Positions 50,886-62,400 of a DNA stretch of 64,000 bases are shown here, one piece after another (position 1 is the stretch's first letter; every line of letters begins with the position of its first letter). Both the position numbers and the translations under genes were made by a program. The DNA comes from Spirochaetota bacterium (GTDB lineage: Bacteria; Spirochaetota; UBA4802; JAFGDQ01). The stretch spans positions 1,457 to 65,456 of the forward strand of contig JAFGSG010000110.1 in NCBI GenBank assembly GCA_016934735.1, read 5' to 3'. The notes beneath the pieces are model-generated. The model made no database searches, was not told the origin of the DNA, and saw only the letters and a list, made by a program, of their open reading frames with translations.

Positions 50886-51554
50886 ATGGGGATAAATATG
50901 GTGTTAGGTATATTTTGTGCCGGAGGTTTTGGAGGAGTTGTCTACGAATTGGCTCGGGAATTGAACCAGAAAAATACCAGATGGGAAAAAATATATTTCA
51001 TTGATGATGTAACCAATGAAGCAGTGGTTCGTGGTACTTCGGTATTCCGTTATAAGGATTTTTGTAATAAGTTTAGCAACAAAGAATCAGAGATAACAAT
51101 TGCCTCAGGGGAACCGTATGGCAGAAATAATATTTATAAAATCATAAAAGCAGAAGGCTATCAACTTGCTTCATTAATTCATCCGGATTCATATGTTTCC
51201 TCTAATATTGAAATAGGAGAAGGTATTATTGTGTTATGGGGGGCATCTTTGACTCCAAGCAATTTAACAGTCGGGAAGAATGTTGTTGTTATGTCACATG
51301 CGCATTTATCTCATGACTGTTTGATTGGAGATCATAGTGTTATAGCTTCATCTGCTGTAATCTCTGGAAACTGTAAACTAGGTAAATGTACTTATATTGG
51401 GATAAATGCCTCTATCAGGGAAGAAATAATCATTGGAGAATATTCAATTGTAGGTATGGGTGCAGTTGTTGTTAAGAATGTCCCTGATAATACGGTAGTA
51501 GTAGGAAATCCGGCAAAAGTAATTAATAATAATAAGAGAAGTGTCTTTAATTGA
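50886..51554 (+). CDS. NeuD/PglD-like hexapeptide acyltransferase
   Basis: AGGFGG, IASGEP..R, LIHP, SHDC, hexapeptide repeats, VVGNPAK. Confidence 0.88.
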   Translation: MGINMVLGIFCAGGFGGVVYELARELNQKNTRWEKIYFIDDVTNEAVVRGTSVFRYKDFCNKFSNKESEITIASGEPYGRNNIYKIIKAEGYQLASLIHPDSYVSSNIEIGEGIIVLWGASLTPSNLTVGKNVVVMSHAHLSHDCLIGDHSVIASSAVISGNCKLGKCTYIGINASIREEIIIGEYSIVGMGAVVVKNVPDNTVVVGNPAKVINNNKRSVFN

Positions 51555-51775
51555 TTTTATTATAATTATTAAGAAAATTTTTACACTGTTATAATTTATC
51601 AGACGATATATAATAATTGACTAATCAAGCTTATTAAACACATTATTATCACTTATTTTGTATCTCTTGGAATTTTCCCTCGCTCGCATTTAGGGGGTAG
51701 GGGGGGCTAATAAATTTTACTCTTTATAATAATTACACCGCAAAATGGAAATCTCCTGAATGAGTTAAAAAATAT

Positions 51776-52678
51776 ATGAATGATTTTTTAGGGTACACAG
51801 ATCAAAACTACGCTTATTCCTTAAGTGAATTCGGTCAGCCGCAGGAATTACCAAATTGCAAAGGGTGGATTCTTATAAGAGAAATTCCCGATACATCCTT
51901 AAAAGATGCCATGGGATGTTATCCCATTTTTACCTGCAAGAATTGGTTTAAGCTTCACGAAGATTTATCTCTTATTGATAAGAATGTCATATCACTTTCT
52001 CTTATAATTGATCCATTAGCAGATATCGGTATACAATATTTAAAACAGCATTTTCATCTTGTCAGGCCGTTTAAAAGTCATTTTATAGCTGATTTAAATC
52101 AACCATTACAAAAATTTGTAAGTAAGAGTCACATGAAAAATGTACGCAAGTCACTTAAAAAAATTGATGTTGAAATCTGTACGGAACTGGCTCAGTATCA
52201 TGAAGATTGGATTAGATTATATGATGTTTTAAAAAAAAGGCATAATATAAACGGGATTAATGCTTTTTCACACAGGAGTTTTAAGATTCAACTTAATATA
52301 CCTGGAATGATTATGTTTATTGCAAGACAGCAAGGAAATATCATTGGTGCATTGTTATTGCTTGTTAATGATAATGTCGGATACATCCATTTATCTGCTT
52401 TCAGTGATGAAGGATATGAAATTAAAGCTTCGTATGGTATTACATGGAAGGCACTTGAATACTTACAGGAGAAAGGGATTCATTTTGCACTTCTGGGGAG
52501 TATGGCTGGAATAAAAAATAATCTTCAAGACGGATTGGCATTATTTAAGAAAGGCTGGTCAAATGAAATTCGTCAAAATTATCTATGCGGGTATATTTTT
52601 GATCAACAAAAATATGAATCTCTCTGTCATAGAAACAGAATTAATAACACAGATTATTTTCCGGCGTATAGAGGATAA
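51776..52678 (+). CDS. GNAT/FemAB-like acyltransferase
   Basis: DAMGCYP, KSHFIADL, H.KNVRKSLKK, YIHLSAF, LFKKGWS. Confidence 0.7.
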   Translation: MNDFLGYTDQNYAYSLSEFGQPQELPNCKGWILIREIPDTSLKDAMGCYPIFTCKNWFKLHEDLSLIDKNVISLSLIIDPLADIGIQYLKQHFHLVRPFKSHFIADLNQPLQKFVSKSHMKNVRKSLKKIDVEICTELAQYHEDWIRLYDVLKKRHNINGINAFSHRSFKIQLNIPGMIMFIARQQGNIIGALLLLVNDNVGYIHLSAFSDEGYEIKASYGITWKALEYLQEKGIHFALLGSMAGIKNNLQDGLALFKKGWSNEIRQNYLCGYIFDQQKYESLCHRNRINNTDYFPAYRG

Positions 52679-52680
52679 AT

Positions 52681-53832
52681 TTATGAGATATTAATCCTTT
52701 TTAAATGTTTAGTAACTGATTTTAAATAATTTGTTGAATTTTCAAAATCTTTCATCTGACTTTTATAAATATTATCTAATTCATTATACCAGCAGGATGA
52801 AAATGGTTTATTTCCTGGCAATAAAGCAGTAAATAGTTTTATAAATCTATTACATAATCTAAATTTAAAAAAATCAATTCCCCAACCAAAATCAATATAG
52901 GAAATAAAATTTGTAATATTTTGTCTAATACATTCATCTAATAATAAAATACCCGGAGAAATTTGTTTAAAATTGGTGTCGTAAGCTGTATCGTAAAAAT
53001 AAACATGATTTTTAAAATAAATGCTTGTGAGAAAAGCAATGTTTGAATCATTTATCTGCAGATAGCTGACTTTTGATTTAAAATGTGAATATAATTTACG
53101 TATAAATTCATTCTTATATATAGTTGAATAATTATTTTCTATATGATTTTTTTTATTATGCTTGAAATCTGATAAACGTTTTAATTCTTCAAAATCATTT
53201 TCTTCCATTTCTTTATTAATGAAGTTAAACCTGTAACCGGACTTTCTTATTCTATTATTACATAAGTTCAGCATCTCTATTATTTTTTTTGGATAATAAA
53301 TTTTTTTGTATTCATCGTAATTCTGGCTTGATGTAAAAAAGGCTACTGATGAATATGTCTCCGGATATACATGTTGATAAAAAATAGTATTTTTATTTGG
53401 AGAAAATTCCGGTATATGATTCAATGAGACTAAATGAAATTGTTCTGTTGCATAAAGCCAGTTTAAGACAAATTGATGAGCTTCGTTATCAATTCCATTA
53501 GTGATAATGTCAGAATAAGTTGCCCCCATCTGCTGGCCTATGAATTCGATCGATGTTACTTTTAAAAATTTTTTTCTTTTTCTTATAATTTTGCAAAAAG
53601 GATATATTGCTATTAATACCCCGTTTTTATATAAGAATATTACTAATAATTCGCGAGCTATTCCCAATTCATTTTTTTTCCCTTTAGAAAAGCTTTGCCA
53701 GAAAGTTAATATATAGTAATAGCTGAAGGTGAATTTAAGATTGATTATATTTTCTTCGAATGCTAACCATTCATTTCCCCGCGTTATCAATCCTTCTGAG
53801 TTTTTCAACACCTCTACTCTATAGTTCATCAT
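52681..53832 (-). CDS. CelD/BcsL-like GNAT acyltransferase
   Basis: LIAIYPF, TYSDI, LNLCNNRIRK, YDTAYD..FKQISPGILL, DFGWG...KFR. Confidence 0.75.
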   Translation of the reverse strand: MMNYRVEVLKNSEGLITRGNEWLAFEENIINLKFTFSYYYILTFWQSFSKGKKNELGIARELLVIFLYKNGVLIAIYPFCKIIRKRKKFLKVTSIEFIGQQMGATYSDIITNGIDNEAHQFVLNWLYATEQFHLVSLNHIPEFSPNKNTIFYQHVYPETYSSVAFFTSSQNYDEYKKIYYPKKIIEMLNLCNNRIRKSGYRFNFINKEMEENDFEELKRLSDFKHNKKNHIENNYSTIYKNEFIRKLYSHFKSKVSYLQINDSNIAFLTSIYFKNHVYFYDTAYDTNFKQISPGILLLDECIRQNITNFISYIDFGWGIDFFKFRLCNRFIKLFTALLPGNKPFSSCWYNELDNIYKSQMKDFENSTNYLKSVTKHLKRINIS

Positions 53833-54035
53833 GATATTTGCTCATTTTGATTGTTATTAAATCATTGGGACATTACAAGGGAAAAGAAAAAGAAAATCAA
53901 TATTATTTTAAAACTGAAAATATTTTTATTGATTCAATATGGGGTTTATGATGAACTGATGAGGTACCCGATAAGTAAATATTTTTATCGAAAAATGTTA
54001 AGAAAAGCCCACAGCTTGCTGCTGGGAGATGCATT

Positions 54036-55157
54036 ATGACAGATAATTATGATTATAGAATTAAAATAATTCATGATTTTAAAGAATTTCTTTCTTTAGA
54101 AAAAAGATGGGATGACCTCCTTGATTCAATAGAATTTCCGCTTCTTTTTTCAAGTCACGCATGGTTACGTACCTGGATAGAAGACTCTTCAAAAAAAAAT
54201 TCATTATTTATTTTGACAATCTGGGATAAAGACAGGTTAGCCGGGATACTGCCATTAGAACGAAAAACTTTCAGGACTTGCAAAATATTGAAGTTTTACG
54301 GCTTCCATTCATTGAGTGATCCTCGTATGTGTGCAGCTTTTAATATTATTTGTTCAGTTAAAGAAATGGATAAAATTATTAATACACTTAAAATATATTT
54401 TCGATTAAATCGCAGCTGGGGGAGAATTGAGTTAAATTTTGTTCCTTATGATTTTAGAACAGTTGAAAAATTGTATAATCAATTTAATGATCAACATTTT
54501 ATAGCTACAATAGAACCTTATAATGGTTCATACTATATAGACATTAATGGAGATTTTGATACATTCTTTAATAAATTAGGTAGTAATTTCCGTAGAAAAA
54601 TACGAGTGAGGAATAAAAGAGTAGCAGAATTGGGAGAAATCAAATTTGAAGTTTTAACAACATTTGATATAAAAGAGTTAAACCGATTCTATAAAGTTGA
54701 AGATACAGGATGGAAACATGATAACGGCCAGCCTATAAAAAAATCAGAGGATTTATTAGTTTTTTATAATAAAATAGCTGAAATTTTTTCAAGCAACCAT
54801 CAATTCATTTTGGCAAATTTATTAATAGACAACCAACTTATTGCTTCTGAATATGCCATAGTTTTTAATAATGTTCTTTATCTTATTAAAATTGGAGTAA
54901 ATTATTCTTATCCGGGATCCAAGGAGTTGTCATTCGGGCATCTGATAATTTATCATTTGATCAAATATGCGTTTGATAATTATATAAATAAGATTGATTT
55001 TTATGGCCCGATATATGAATATGAGAGCCATTGGACCAAAGCAATTAATCAGAAATATACAATCAATATTTTCAACAGTCATAATTCAATCGCTCTAATA
55101 TATCTGTTTATAAAATTTTTAAAAAATTTTTATAGAAATATCATTGGCAGATTTTAA
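54036..55157 (+). CDS. CelD/BcsL-like GNAT acyltransferase
   Basis: RWDDLL, SHAWLRTW, LAGILPL, NFRRKIR...KR, SFGHL, DFYG. Confidence 0.78.
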   Translation: MTDNYDYRIKIIHDFKEFLSLEKRWDDLLDSIEFPLLFSSHAWLRTWIEDSSKKNSLFILTIWDKDRLAGILPLERKTFRTCKILKFYGFHSLSDPRMCAAFNIICSVKEMDKIINTLKIYFRLNRSWGRIELNFVPYDFRTVEKLYNQFNDQHFIATIEPYNGSYYIDINGDFDTFFNKLGSNFRRKIRVRNKRVAELGEIKFEVLTTFDIKELNRFYKVEDTGWKHDNGQPIKKSEDLLVFYNKIAEIFSSNHQFILANLLIDNQLIASEYAIVFNNVLYLIKIGVNYSYPGSKELSFGHLIIYHLIKYAFDNYINKIDFYGPIYEYESHWTKAINQKYTINIFNSHNSIALIYLFIKFLKNFYRNIIGRF

Positions 55158-55507
55158 AACTAGAATAATATTGTGTAAATTATAAAACACTTGATAGAAT
55201 TAATTTGAAAGATTCATTAAAACAAAGAATATTAAATGCCCTTTCCTTAGGTTTTATTAAAACAATACGCTTGCATAGTATTCAATTTATTGTCGGAATC
55301 ATAATTAATGAATTTCTTCAGGAATATTTGTTTAGTGATCAATTTTATAATGGTTTTATTAGCAATTAACCGGTTTTATATTACGTTAAAATTTGTATTT
55401 CAACAGAATGCTTAATAGCTAATGCATTTTATAAATAGCTGTAACTATAGTGATTCTTAATAGTAAGCTACTGCATTTATTGCTGGAATCAAGGAGGTTG
55501 TTATATA

Positions 55508-56170
55508 ATGGAAAAAGTAATATTGTTTGGAAATCAAGCTATGGCAAAGGAAGCTTATTTTTGTTTTAAATATCATTCAAAGTATCAAGTTGTTGGTTTT
55601 ACAGTAGACAAAGAATACTTGGAATCAGATACATTTCTTCAATTACCAGTTGTGCCGTTTAACGATGTTGATAAAATATTTCCTCCCAGTGAATATAAAA
55701 TGTATATAGCCGTTGGCTATGTCCAGAATAATAAAATAAAAAAAGACAGATATTACCGTTCAAAACAAATGGGTTATGAATTGATTAATTTTATCAGTCC
55801 TCATTCAATTATTTATCCGGAAATCATCGAAGGGGATAATGTTTTTATTGGCCATTATGTTATGCTCTCTCCGGGATCAAAGGTGGGTAATAATGTGAGT
55901 ATCGGCGGTGGTTCAACAATCGGTCATGATGTAATAATCGGAGATCATTGTTTCTTTTCAAATGGTGTTTCTATTGCCGGCAGCGTAACTATCGATTCAT
56001 GTTGTTATTTCGGTACAAATTCAACAGTAAGGAATAAAGTAACTATCGGAAAAGAATGCGTGATTGGCGCTGGAGCTGTTTTGCTTGAAAATGCACGGGA
56101 TAGAAGCGTATATCTGTGCGAGCCTGGAAAATTACTTCCAATTTCAAGTGATAAATTACCTCTGGGATAG
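55508..56170 (+). CDS. NeuD-like hexapeptide acyltransferase
   Basis: LFGN, VGFTVD, LPVVPF, IAVGY, TIGHD, hexapeptide repeats. Confidence 0.85.
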   Translation: MEKVILFGNQAMAKEAYFCFKYHSKYQVVGFTVDKEYLESDTFLQLPVVPFNDVDKIFPPSEYKMYIAVGYVQNNKIKKDRYYRSKQMGYELINFISPHSIIYPEIIEGDNVFIGHYVMLSPGSKVGNNVSIGGGSTIGHDVIIGDHCFFSNGVSIAGSVTIDSCCYFGTNSTVRNKVTIGKECVIGAGAVLLENARDRSVYLCEPGKLLPISSDKLPLG

Positions 56171-56249
56171 AGTAGTTCGGTCATGAAGAATTTAATGTAA
56201 CTTCTGCGTTTGAAGTGCTGCATTATAAATATTAATAAGGAGATTCGAT

Positions 56250-59200
56250 ATGTCAGAAAACTTTGAGTCATATCCTCTGACACCCCTGCAGGAAGGAATG
56301 CTGTTTCATACCCTTTCCTATCCTGGAAGCGGTGTAGACATAATGCAGGTTGTATGTACTATAAAAGAACCTTTAAATAATGTTACCTTTAAGGACGCTT
56401 GGGCAAAGGTAATAGAGAGACATTCTATACTAAGAACGAGGTTTAAATGGGAAGGATTGGAAAAACCCATACAAACGGTTATTGAACGGATCGATACACC
56501 TCTTGTGTTCTATGACCTACAGGGGATAGATTCATTTTTGCAAGATTTGGAAATAAGAAAATATATAAAAGATGATCGCGCAAAAGGCATAAATATGCAG
56601 GAAGCGCCTATGATGCGTCTATCAGTATTTATAATAAATCCATCAGAATTTTCTTTTATTTGGACATTCCATCACGCAATAGTTGATGGAAGATCACATG
56701 AAATTATTTTAGAAGAATTCTTTTTACTTTACGATATTTTCAATGAAGGGAAACAGATTGAACTCAGTAAACCAAAACCATATAGTGAATTTGCAGAATG
56801 GATGCATAATCAGAATTTTGACTACAGTGAATTATATTGGCGTGACACTTTGAAAGGTTTTGATTCTGCAACGCCAGTTCCCTTTACAAATCAAATTGGA
56901 ATTGCTCCTAATTTAGATGAAATTGGTGTTTTAGAATCATCCATTCCTTCAGATATTAAATTAAAACTAAAATCATTCGCAAGTATAAACGGGGTTACAC
57001 TGAATACTTTAATTCAAGGCGCATGGGCTTTGCTATTGTACCATTATAGTCAAAAACATGACATTATGTTTGGCATTACCCGTTCTTGCCGCTATTCGGG
57101 TATTAAAGACGAAGAAGAGATGGTTGGGCTGTTTATCAATACACTGCCTTTATGTATCAGAATTAACACAAAGCAAACACTACTAGACTTTCTCAAGGAT
57201 ATAAGAGAACAAAATATAACACTGAGGCAATATGAAAACACGCCTTTGTATAATATTAATAAATGGAGCGGTTTTCCACCTAATTCATCTCTATTTGAGA
57301 CCCTTATAGTATTTGAAAAAGGTTCTCTAAACCATAAATTACGTTCCAGAGGTAAAAAATGGCTTAAACGACACTTTATGAGGTACCAGAAAACCGGATA
57401 CTTGATCAGTCTGATTGTTTATGACGATGAAGATTTAACTATTCGTATTGAATATGACGGACATCTTTTAAAAACCAAAGATATTGAACGGATTAGCACT
57501 CATATTTCTAAATTACTTATATCAATGCCGTCACATTTACAGGAACCAGCTGTAAAAGTACCATACATGCATAAAGAAGAGATTAATGAAATATTATTTA
57601 GCCGGAATAATACATATAGGGATTACCCCACTAATGTTACGCTAGTGGTATTGTTTGAATCTCAGGCAGCAAGAACACCTGACTCAGTAGCCTTGGAATT
57701 CGAAGGATCAACAGTATCATACCGTGAATTGAATCAGCGTTCAAATCAACTCGCTCATCATTTGAGACGTGTCGGAGTGGGGCCGGAGGTGCCTGTCGGG
57801 ATACTTATGGATCGGTCTGTTGAAATGGTCATTGCTATCTACGGCATAATCAAGGCTGGCGGTGCATATATGCCTATGGACCCACAATATCCTGATGAAA
57901 GGCTTGAATTTATGATTGAGGATGCGAATGTTCCCGTTGTACTTACCCAGAAACGTTTTGTAAAAAGGATTCCCGTGAATGCGGTCAGGGCGATTTGTCT
58001 TGATGATGAAAGGGGACTGTTGGAGTCTGAAAGCATCTTAAATCCGGGCGGAGGGGCTTGTCCGGAAAATATGGCATATATTATTTATACATCAGGTTCA
58101 ACAGGTAAACCAAAAGGCGTAATTAATGAACATCGCGGTATTGTAAACCGTCTTTTATGGATGCAGGAAGCATATCAATTAAGTCATTCCGACCGGATAT
58201 TGCAAAAAACTCCTTACACATTTGACGTTTCCGTATGGGAGTTTTTCTGGCCATTACAGGTCGGTGCGCGGCTTGTCATTGCGATTCCTGAAGGGCATAA
58301 GGATAGCGCTTATCTTGTACGTCTCATCAGAGAAAAAGAAATTACTACAGTTCACTTTGTTCCGTCCATGCTTCAATTATTTCTTGAGGAAGAGGAAGTT
58401 GAGAAATGTGTTAGCATTAAACGCGTGATTTGCAGCGGTGAGGCATTAAGAATTGAGCATAAACAGAGATTTTTTGAACGTTTAAATGCGGAACTTCATA
58501 ATCTTTACGGGCCTACAGAAGCCGCAGTAGATGTGACATTCTGGCAATGCAGGAAAGACGATGGACTTAAGGTTATACCAATAGGTTTCCCAGTAGCAAA
58601 TACTCAGATATACATTCTTGATCCTGATCTTCAGCCCGTACCTTCGGGATGTGTCGGAGAGCTTCATATAGGCGGAATACAGGTAGCGCGCGGTTACCTT
58701 AACCGTCCTGAGTTAACATTAGAGAAATTTATACCGGATCCGTTCAGCAGAATGCCGGGAGCAAGGCTCTATAAAACCGGAGATCTTGCGAAATATTTAC
58801 CGGACGGAAGTATTGAATACCTTGGACGTATTGACTTTCAGGTCAAGATACGCGGATTACGGGTTGAACTTGGAGAGATAGAAACCAGAATAGACGAATT
58901 CGATGGGATTGCTCAGAATGTCGTCATAGTTTCGGAGGATTCTTCAGGGAACCAAACACTGGTCGCGTATTATACTGAAATTCCGCATGGAAATGTCGAT
59001 GTCGCGAAACTGCGTAAATATCTGCAGGATAGTTTGCCTGAATATATGGTCCCACAGCACTTTATAAAACTGAATAGGATACCATTGTCATCTAATGGGA
59101 AAACAGACAGGAAAGCTCTGCCCCCAATTAAGTTTGAGAGGAGAACGGAGGCAATATATATCGAACCAAGAAACAGCGAAGAAAAAATTGTTGCTGATGT

Positions 59201-59489
59201 CTGGAAAGACCTTCTTAAATTGGATAAAGTTGGTATCGATGATTCATTTTTTGACCTAGGTGGTCATTCACTGCTTTTAATCAGAATGCTTGGTAAGCTT
59301 AAATCGCATTTTAAAAAAGAATTGAAAATAATTGATTTTTTCCAATATCCATCTATCAGAAAACTTGTTGAATATCTGACAGATAATAAAAAAGATGAAA
59401 CTATTGCCGTGAAAGTCTCGAATATTGCAAGTAGACAGAAAGAATTTATGAAAAAACAAAAAAAGATAGCTACAAAGGGAAGGGAATAA
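56250..59489 (+). CDS. Single-module NRPS, C-A(Ser)-PCP
   Basis: C: YPLTPLQEGMLFH, HHAIVDG. A: YTSGSTGKPKG, NLYGPTE, YKTGDL, GRIDFQVKIRGLRVELGEIE, NGKTDRK. Hand-read specificity code DVWHISLVDK (Ser type). PCP: FFDLGGHSL. Confidence 0.93.
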   Translation: MSENFESYPLTPLQEGMLFHTLSYPGSGVDIMQVVCTIKEPLNNVTFKDAWAKVIERHSILRTRFKWEGLEKPIQTVIERIDTPLVFYDLQGIDSFLQDLEIRKYIKDDRAKGINMQEAPMMRLSVFIINPSEFSFIWTFHHAIVDGRSHEIILEEFFLLYDIFNEGKQIELSKPKPYSEFAEWMHNQNFDYSELYWRDTLKGFDSATPVPFTNQIGIAPNLDEIGVLESSIPSDIKLKLKSFASINGVTLNTLIQGAWALLLYHYSQKHDIMFGITRSCRYSGIKDEEEMVGLFINTLPLCIRINTKQTLLDFLKDIREQNITLRQYENTPLYNINKWSGFPPNSSLFETLIVFEKGSLNHKLRSRGKKWLKRHFMRYQKTGYLISLIVYDDEDLTIRIEYDGHLLKTKDIERISTHISKLLISMPSHLQEPAVKVPYMHKEEINEILFSRNNTYRDYPTNVTLVVLFESQAARTPDSVALEFEGSTVSYRELNQRSNQLAHHLRRVGVGPEVPVGILMDRSVEMVIAIYGIIKAGGAYMPMDPQYPDERLEFMIEDANVPVVLTQKRFVKRIPVNAVRAICLDDERGLLESESILNPGGGACPENMAYIIYTSGSTGKPKGVINEHRGIVNRLLWMQEAYQLSHSDRILQKTPYTFDVSVWEFFWPLQVGARLVIAIPEGHKDSAYLVRLIREKEITTVHFVPSMLQLFLEEEEVEKCVSIKRVICSGEALRIEHKQRFFERLNAELHNLYGPTEAAVDVTFWQCRKDDGLKVIPIGFPVANTQIYILDPDLQPVPSGCVGELHIGGIQVARGYLNRPELTLEKFIPDPFSRMPGARLYKTGDLAKYLPDGSIEYLGRIDFQVKIRGLRVELGEIETRIDEFDGIAQNVVIVSEDSSGNQTLVAYYTEIPHGNVDVAKLRKYLQDSLPEYMVPQHFIKLNRIPLSSNGKTDRKALPPIKFERRTEAIYIEPRNSEEKIVADVWKDLLKLDKVGIDDSFFDLGGHSLLLIRMLGKLKSHFKKELKIIDFFQYPSIRKLVEYLTDNKKDETIAVKVSNIASRQKEFMKKQKKIATKGRE

Positions 59490-59490
59490 A

Positions 59491-62400
59491 ATGCCGGAGC
59501 AGGATAATTTATTAGAGGATGATATTGAACGAATCGCTATAATCGGAATGGCGGTACGTTTTCCCGGAGCAAATAATATTGATGAATTCTGGCAGAACAT
59601 CAGAAGCGGTATTGAGTCTATAACTAATTTTAGCGATGATGAATTAAGAGCTTATGGGGTACCTGAAGACTGGCTGTCTGCACCAAATTTTGTCAAAAAC
59701 GGGACCATATTAAACGATGTTGATAAGTTTGATGCAGCGTTTTTCGGCTATAGCCCAAGGGAAGTTATATTCATGGATCCACAGCATAGGCTGTTTATTG
59801 AATCGGCATGGGAAGCTCTTGAAAACGCGGGTTATATGCCAGAAAACAATAATAATTCGATAGGTGTTTTTGCTGGTTCCGGCCCTAATGAATATTCAAG
59901 CTTTTTATCCGATTTCAATGATAATACAAATCCAGCCGCTCAAATGGAACAACTAATTGGAAATGAAAGGGATTTTTTATCGACACGTGTGTCATATAAG
60001 TTGAATCTGAAAGGACCGAGTATGACGGTTCAGACCGCCTGTTCAACATCATTAATCGCTGTACATCTGGCATGCCAGAGCCTGCTTAGTTATCAATGTT
60101 CACTATCGCTGGCGGGCGCAATTAGTATAAATGTAACAAGAAGCAAGGGTTATTTTTATCAAGACGGAACAATTGTATCGCCTGATGGCCATTGTCGTGC
60201 ATTCGACGCAAAGGCAAACGGAACAGTTGGAGGGCAGGGTGTTGGAATAGTTGTTCTTAAGCGTTTATCCGAGGCAATTGCTGATGGCGATCATGTCTAC
60301 GCTGTTATCCGAGGAAGTTCCATCAACAACGATGGAGGGATGAAAATCGGATATACAGCCCCGAGTGTTCAGGGCCAGGCAGAAGTAATAGCCATGGCGC
60401 AGGCAATAAGTGATACTCCTCCGGACTCAATAGGTTATATCGAGGCACACGGTACCGGGACAAAGCTGGGTGATCCGATTGAAATTGAAGCACTCACTCA
60501 GGCTTTCAGGATTGGTACAGCTAAGAAACAGTTTTGCGCTATAGGATCGGTAAAAAGTAACATCGGACATGCAGATAGCGCAGCAGGCATTGCTGGTTTA
60601 ATTAAGACGGCTTTAATGCTAAAATACAAGGAGATTCCGCCAAGCATTAACTATAATGAACCCAATCCGTCAATCGATTTTAATAATAGCCCGTTTTATG
60701 TATCGACCCGGCTTTTGGAATGGAAAACTGATGGAGCCCCCAGGAGAGCCGGTGTGAGTTCATTCGGCATAGGCGGCACTAATGCTCATGCAATTCTGGA
60801 AGAGGCTAAACCGGCAATACCGTCTGTTATATCCGGACCATACCGATTAATGATGATCTCCGCCAGATCCTCACAGGCATTAAATAAAGCATGTATTAAT
60901 CTGGCAGAATTTATTGAAAAAAAACCGGATATTAATCTGGCTGATGCTGCTTTTACACTTCAGGTCGGGCGAAGAATCTTCGATCATCGCCGGGTAATTT
61001 TATGCCGGGATAGTAAAGAAGTAATTACTAAATTGAAAGGAAGTGACCAGAACGGAGTACTTTCAGGAAATGAACCGAAATCCGCACCTTTGGTTGCATT
61101 TATGTTTTCAGGGCAGGGATCACAATATGCCGGAATGGGATCCGAGCTCTATAAAAAAGAGGGCGTATTTAGGGAACATGTTGATAGATGTTTAGACACT
61201 CTTTCTTCCACGCATTCGATTCATCTTCGCAATATAATTTTCCCGGCTAAAGGCATTCCTGATGAAGCGCAGAAGAAAATAATCCGTACCGATATTGCGC
61301 AGGCATCATTGTTTGTCTTGGAATATGCTCTTGCGCAGCTTTGGATTTCGTGGGGAATAAAACCCAAGGCAATGGTCGGTCACAGTATCGGAGAGTATGT
61401 GGCCGCATGTTTATCCGGTGTTTTTTCTCTGGATACTGCTCTTTCACTTGTAACTGCAAGGGGAACCCTGATGCAGCAGGCAATGCCTGGGGCTATGCTC
61501 GCGGTAAGCCTGCCGGAAGCTGAAGTAAGAGATCTGACAGGCGATGGCCTTTCATTGGCGGCTGTTAATGCTCCTATGAGCTGTGTCGTCTCCGGTGATT
61601 TCCTGCTGATTGAAGCTTTTGAGAAACGGCTTGAAAAACAGAAAACAGGATTTCGCCGGCTGCATACTTCGCATGCTTTTCACTCCGCGATGATGGATCC
61701 GGTCCTTTCCATGTTCAGAAAAGAAGTAAGCAGGCACAAATTCAGCCCTCCTCAGATACCATATCTATCTAATCTTACCGGCGACTGGATTACGGCAGAA
61801 CAGGCCACAAATCATGAATACTGGGTGGAGCATCTACGCAATACGGTTATGTTTTCAGAATGCGCAAAAAAGCTACTGGATAACGAGAACATGATTCTGC
61901 TTGAACTCGGGCCAGGGAATACTCTTTGTTCCCTGGCTATGCAACAGTCCGCCAAAGCAGCCGGCAGCAGGATTTTTTATTCTGTCCGAAGACACGATGA
62001 AAAAAGATCCGATGAAGAATTTATTCTGACAGTTCTTGGCAGGCTGTGGCTTCTGGGCATAAATCCTGATTGGCACGGATTTTATAAGGATGAGAAGCGG
62101 CAGCGCGTACCATTGCCCACATATCCGTTTGAGCGGGAAAGATACTGGCCGGATTATAAAATTTACAAAGAAAATGTAGACAAACAAAAGATTATGCCTG
62201 TTCAGATGATCTCTGATTTGATGGCCACAAATGATGAAAAGAACACTATAAGCAAAAATAAAAATGAGGAAATATTATATCCATCTAAAATTGAGGATAA
62301 AGTATTGGCTATTTGGCAGGAATTATTACAAATTAAAAACATAAAGCCGGATAGTAATTTTTTTGAGTTGGGCGGAAATTCGCTTATAGGCGCTAATCTT

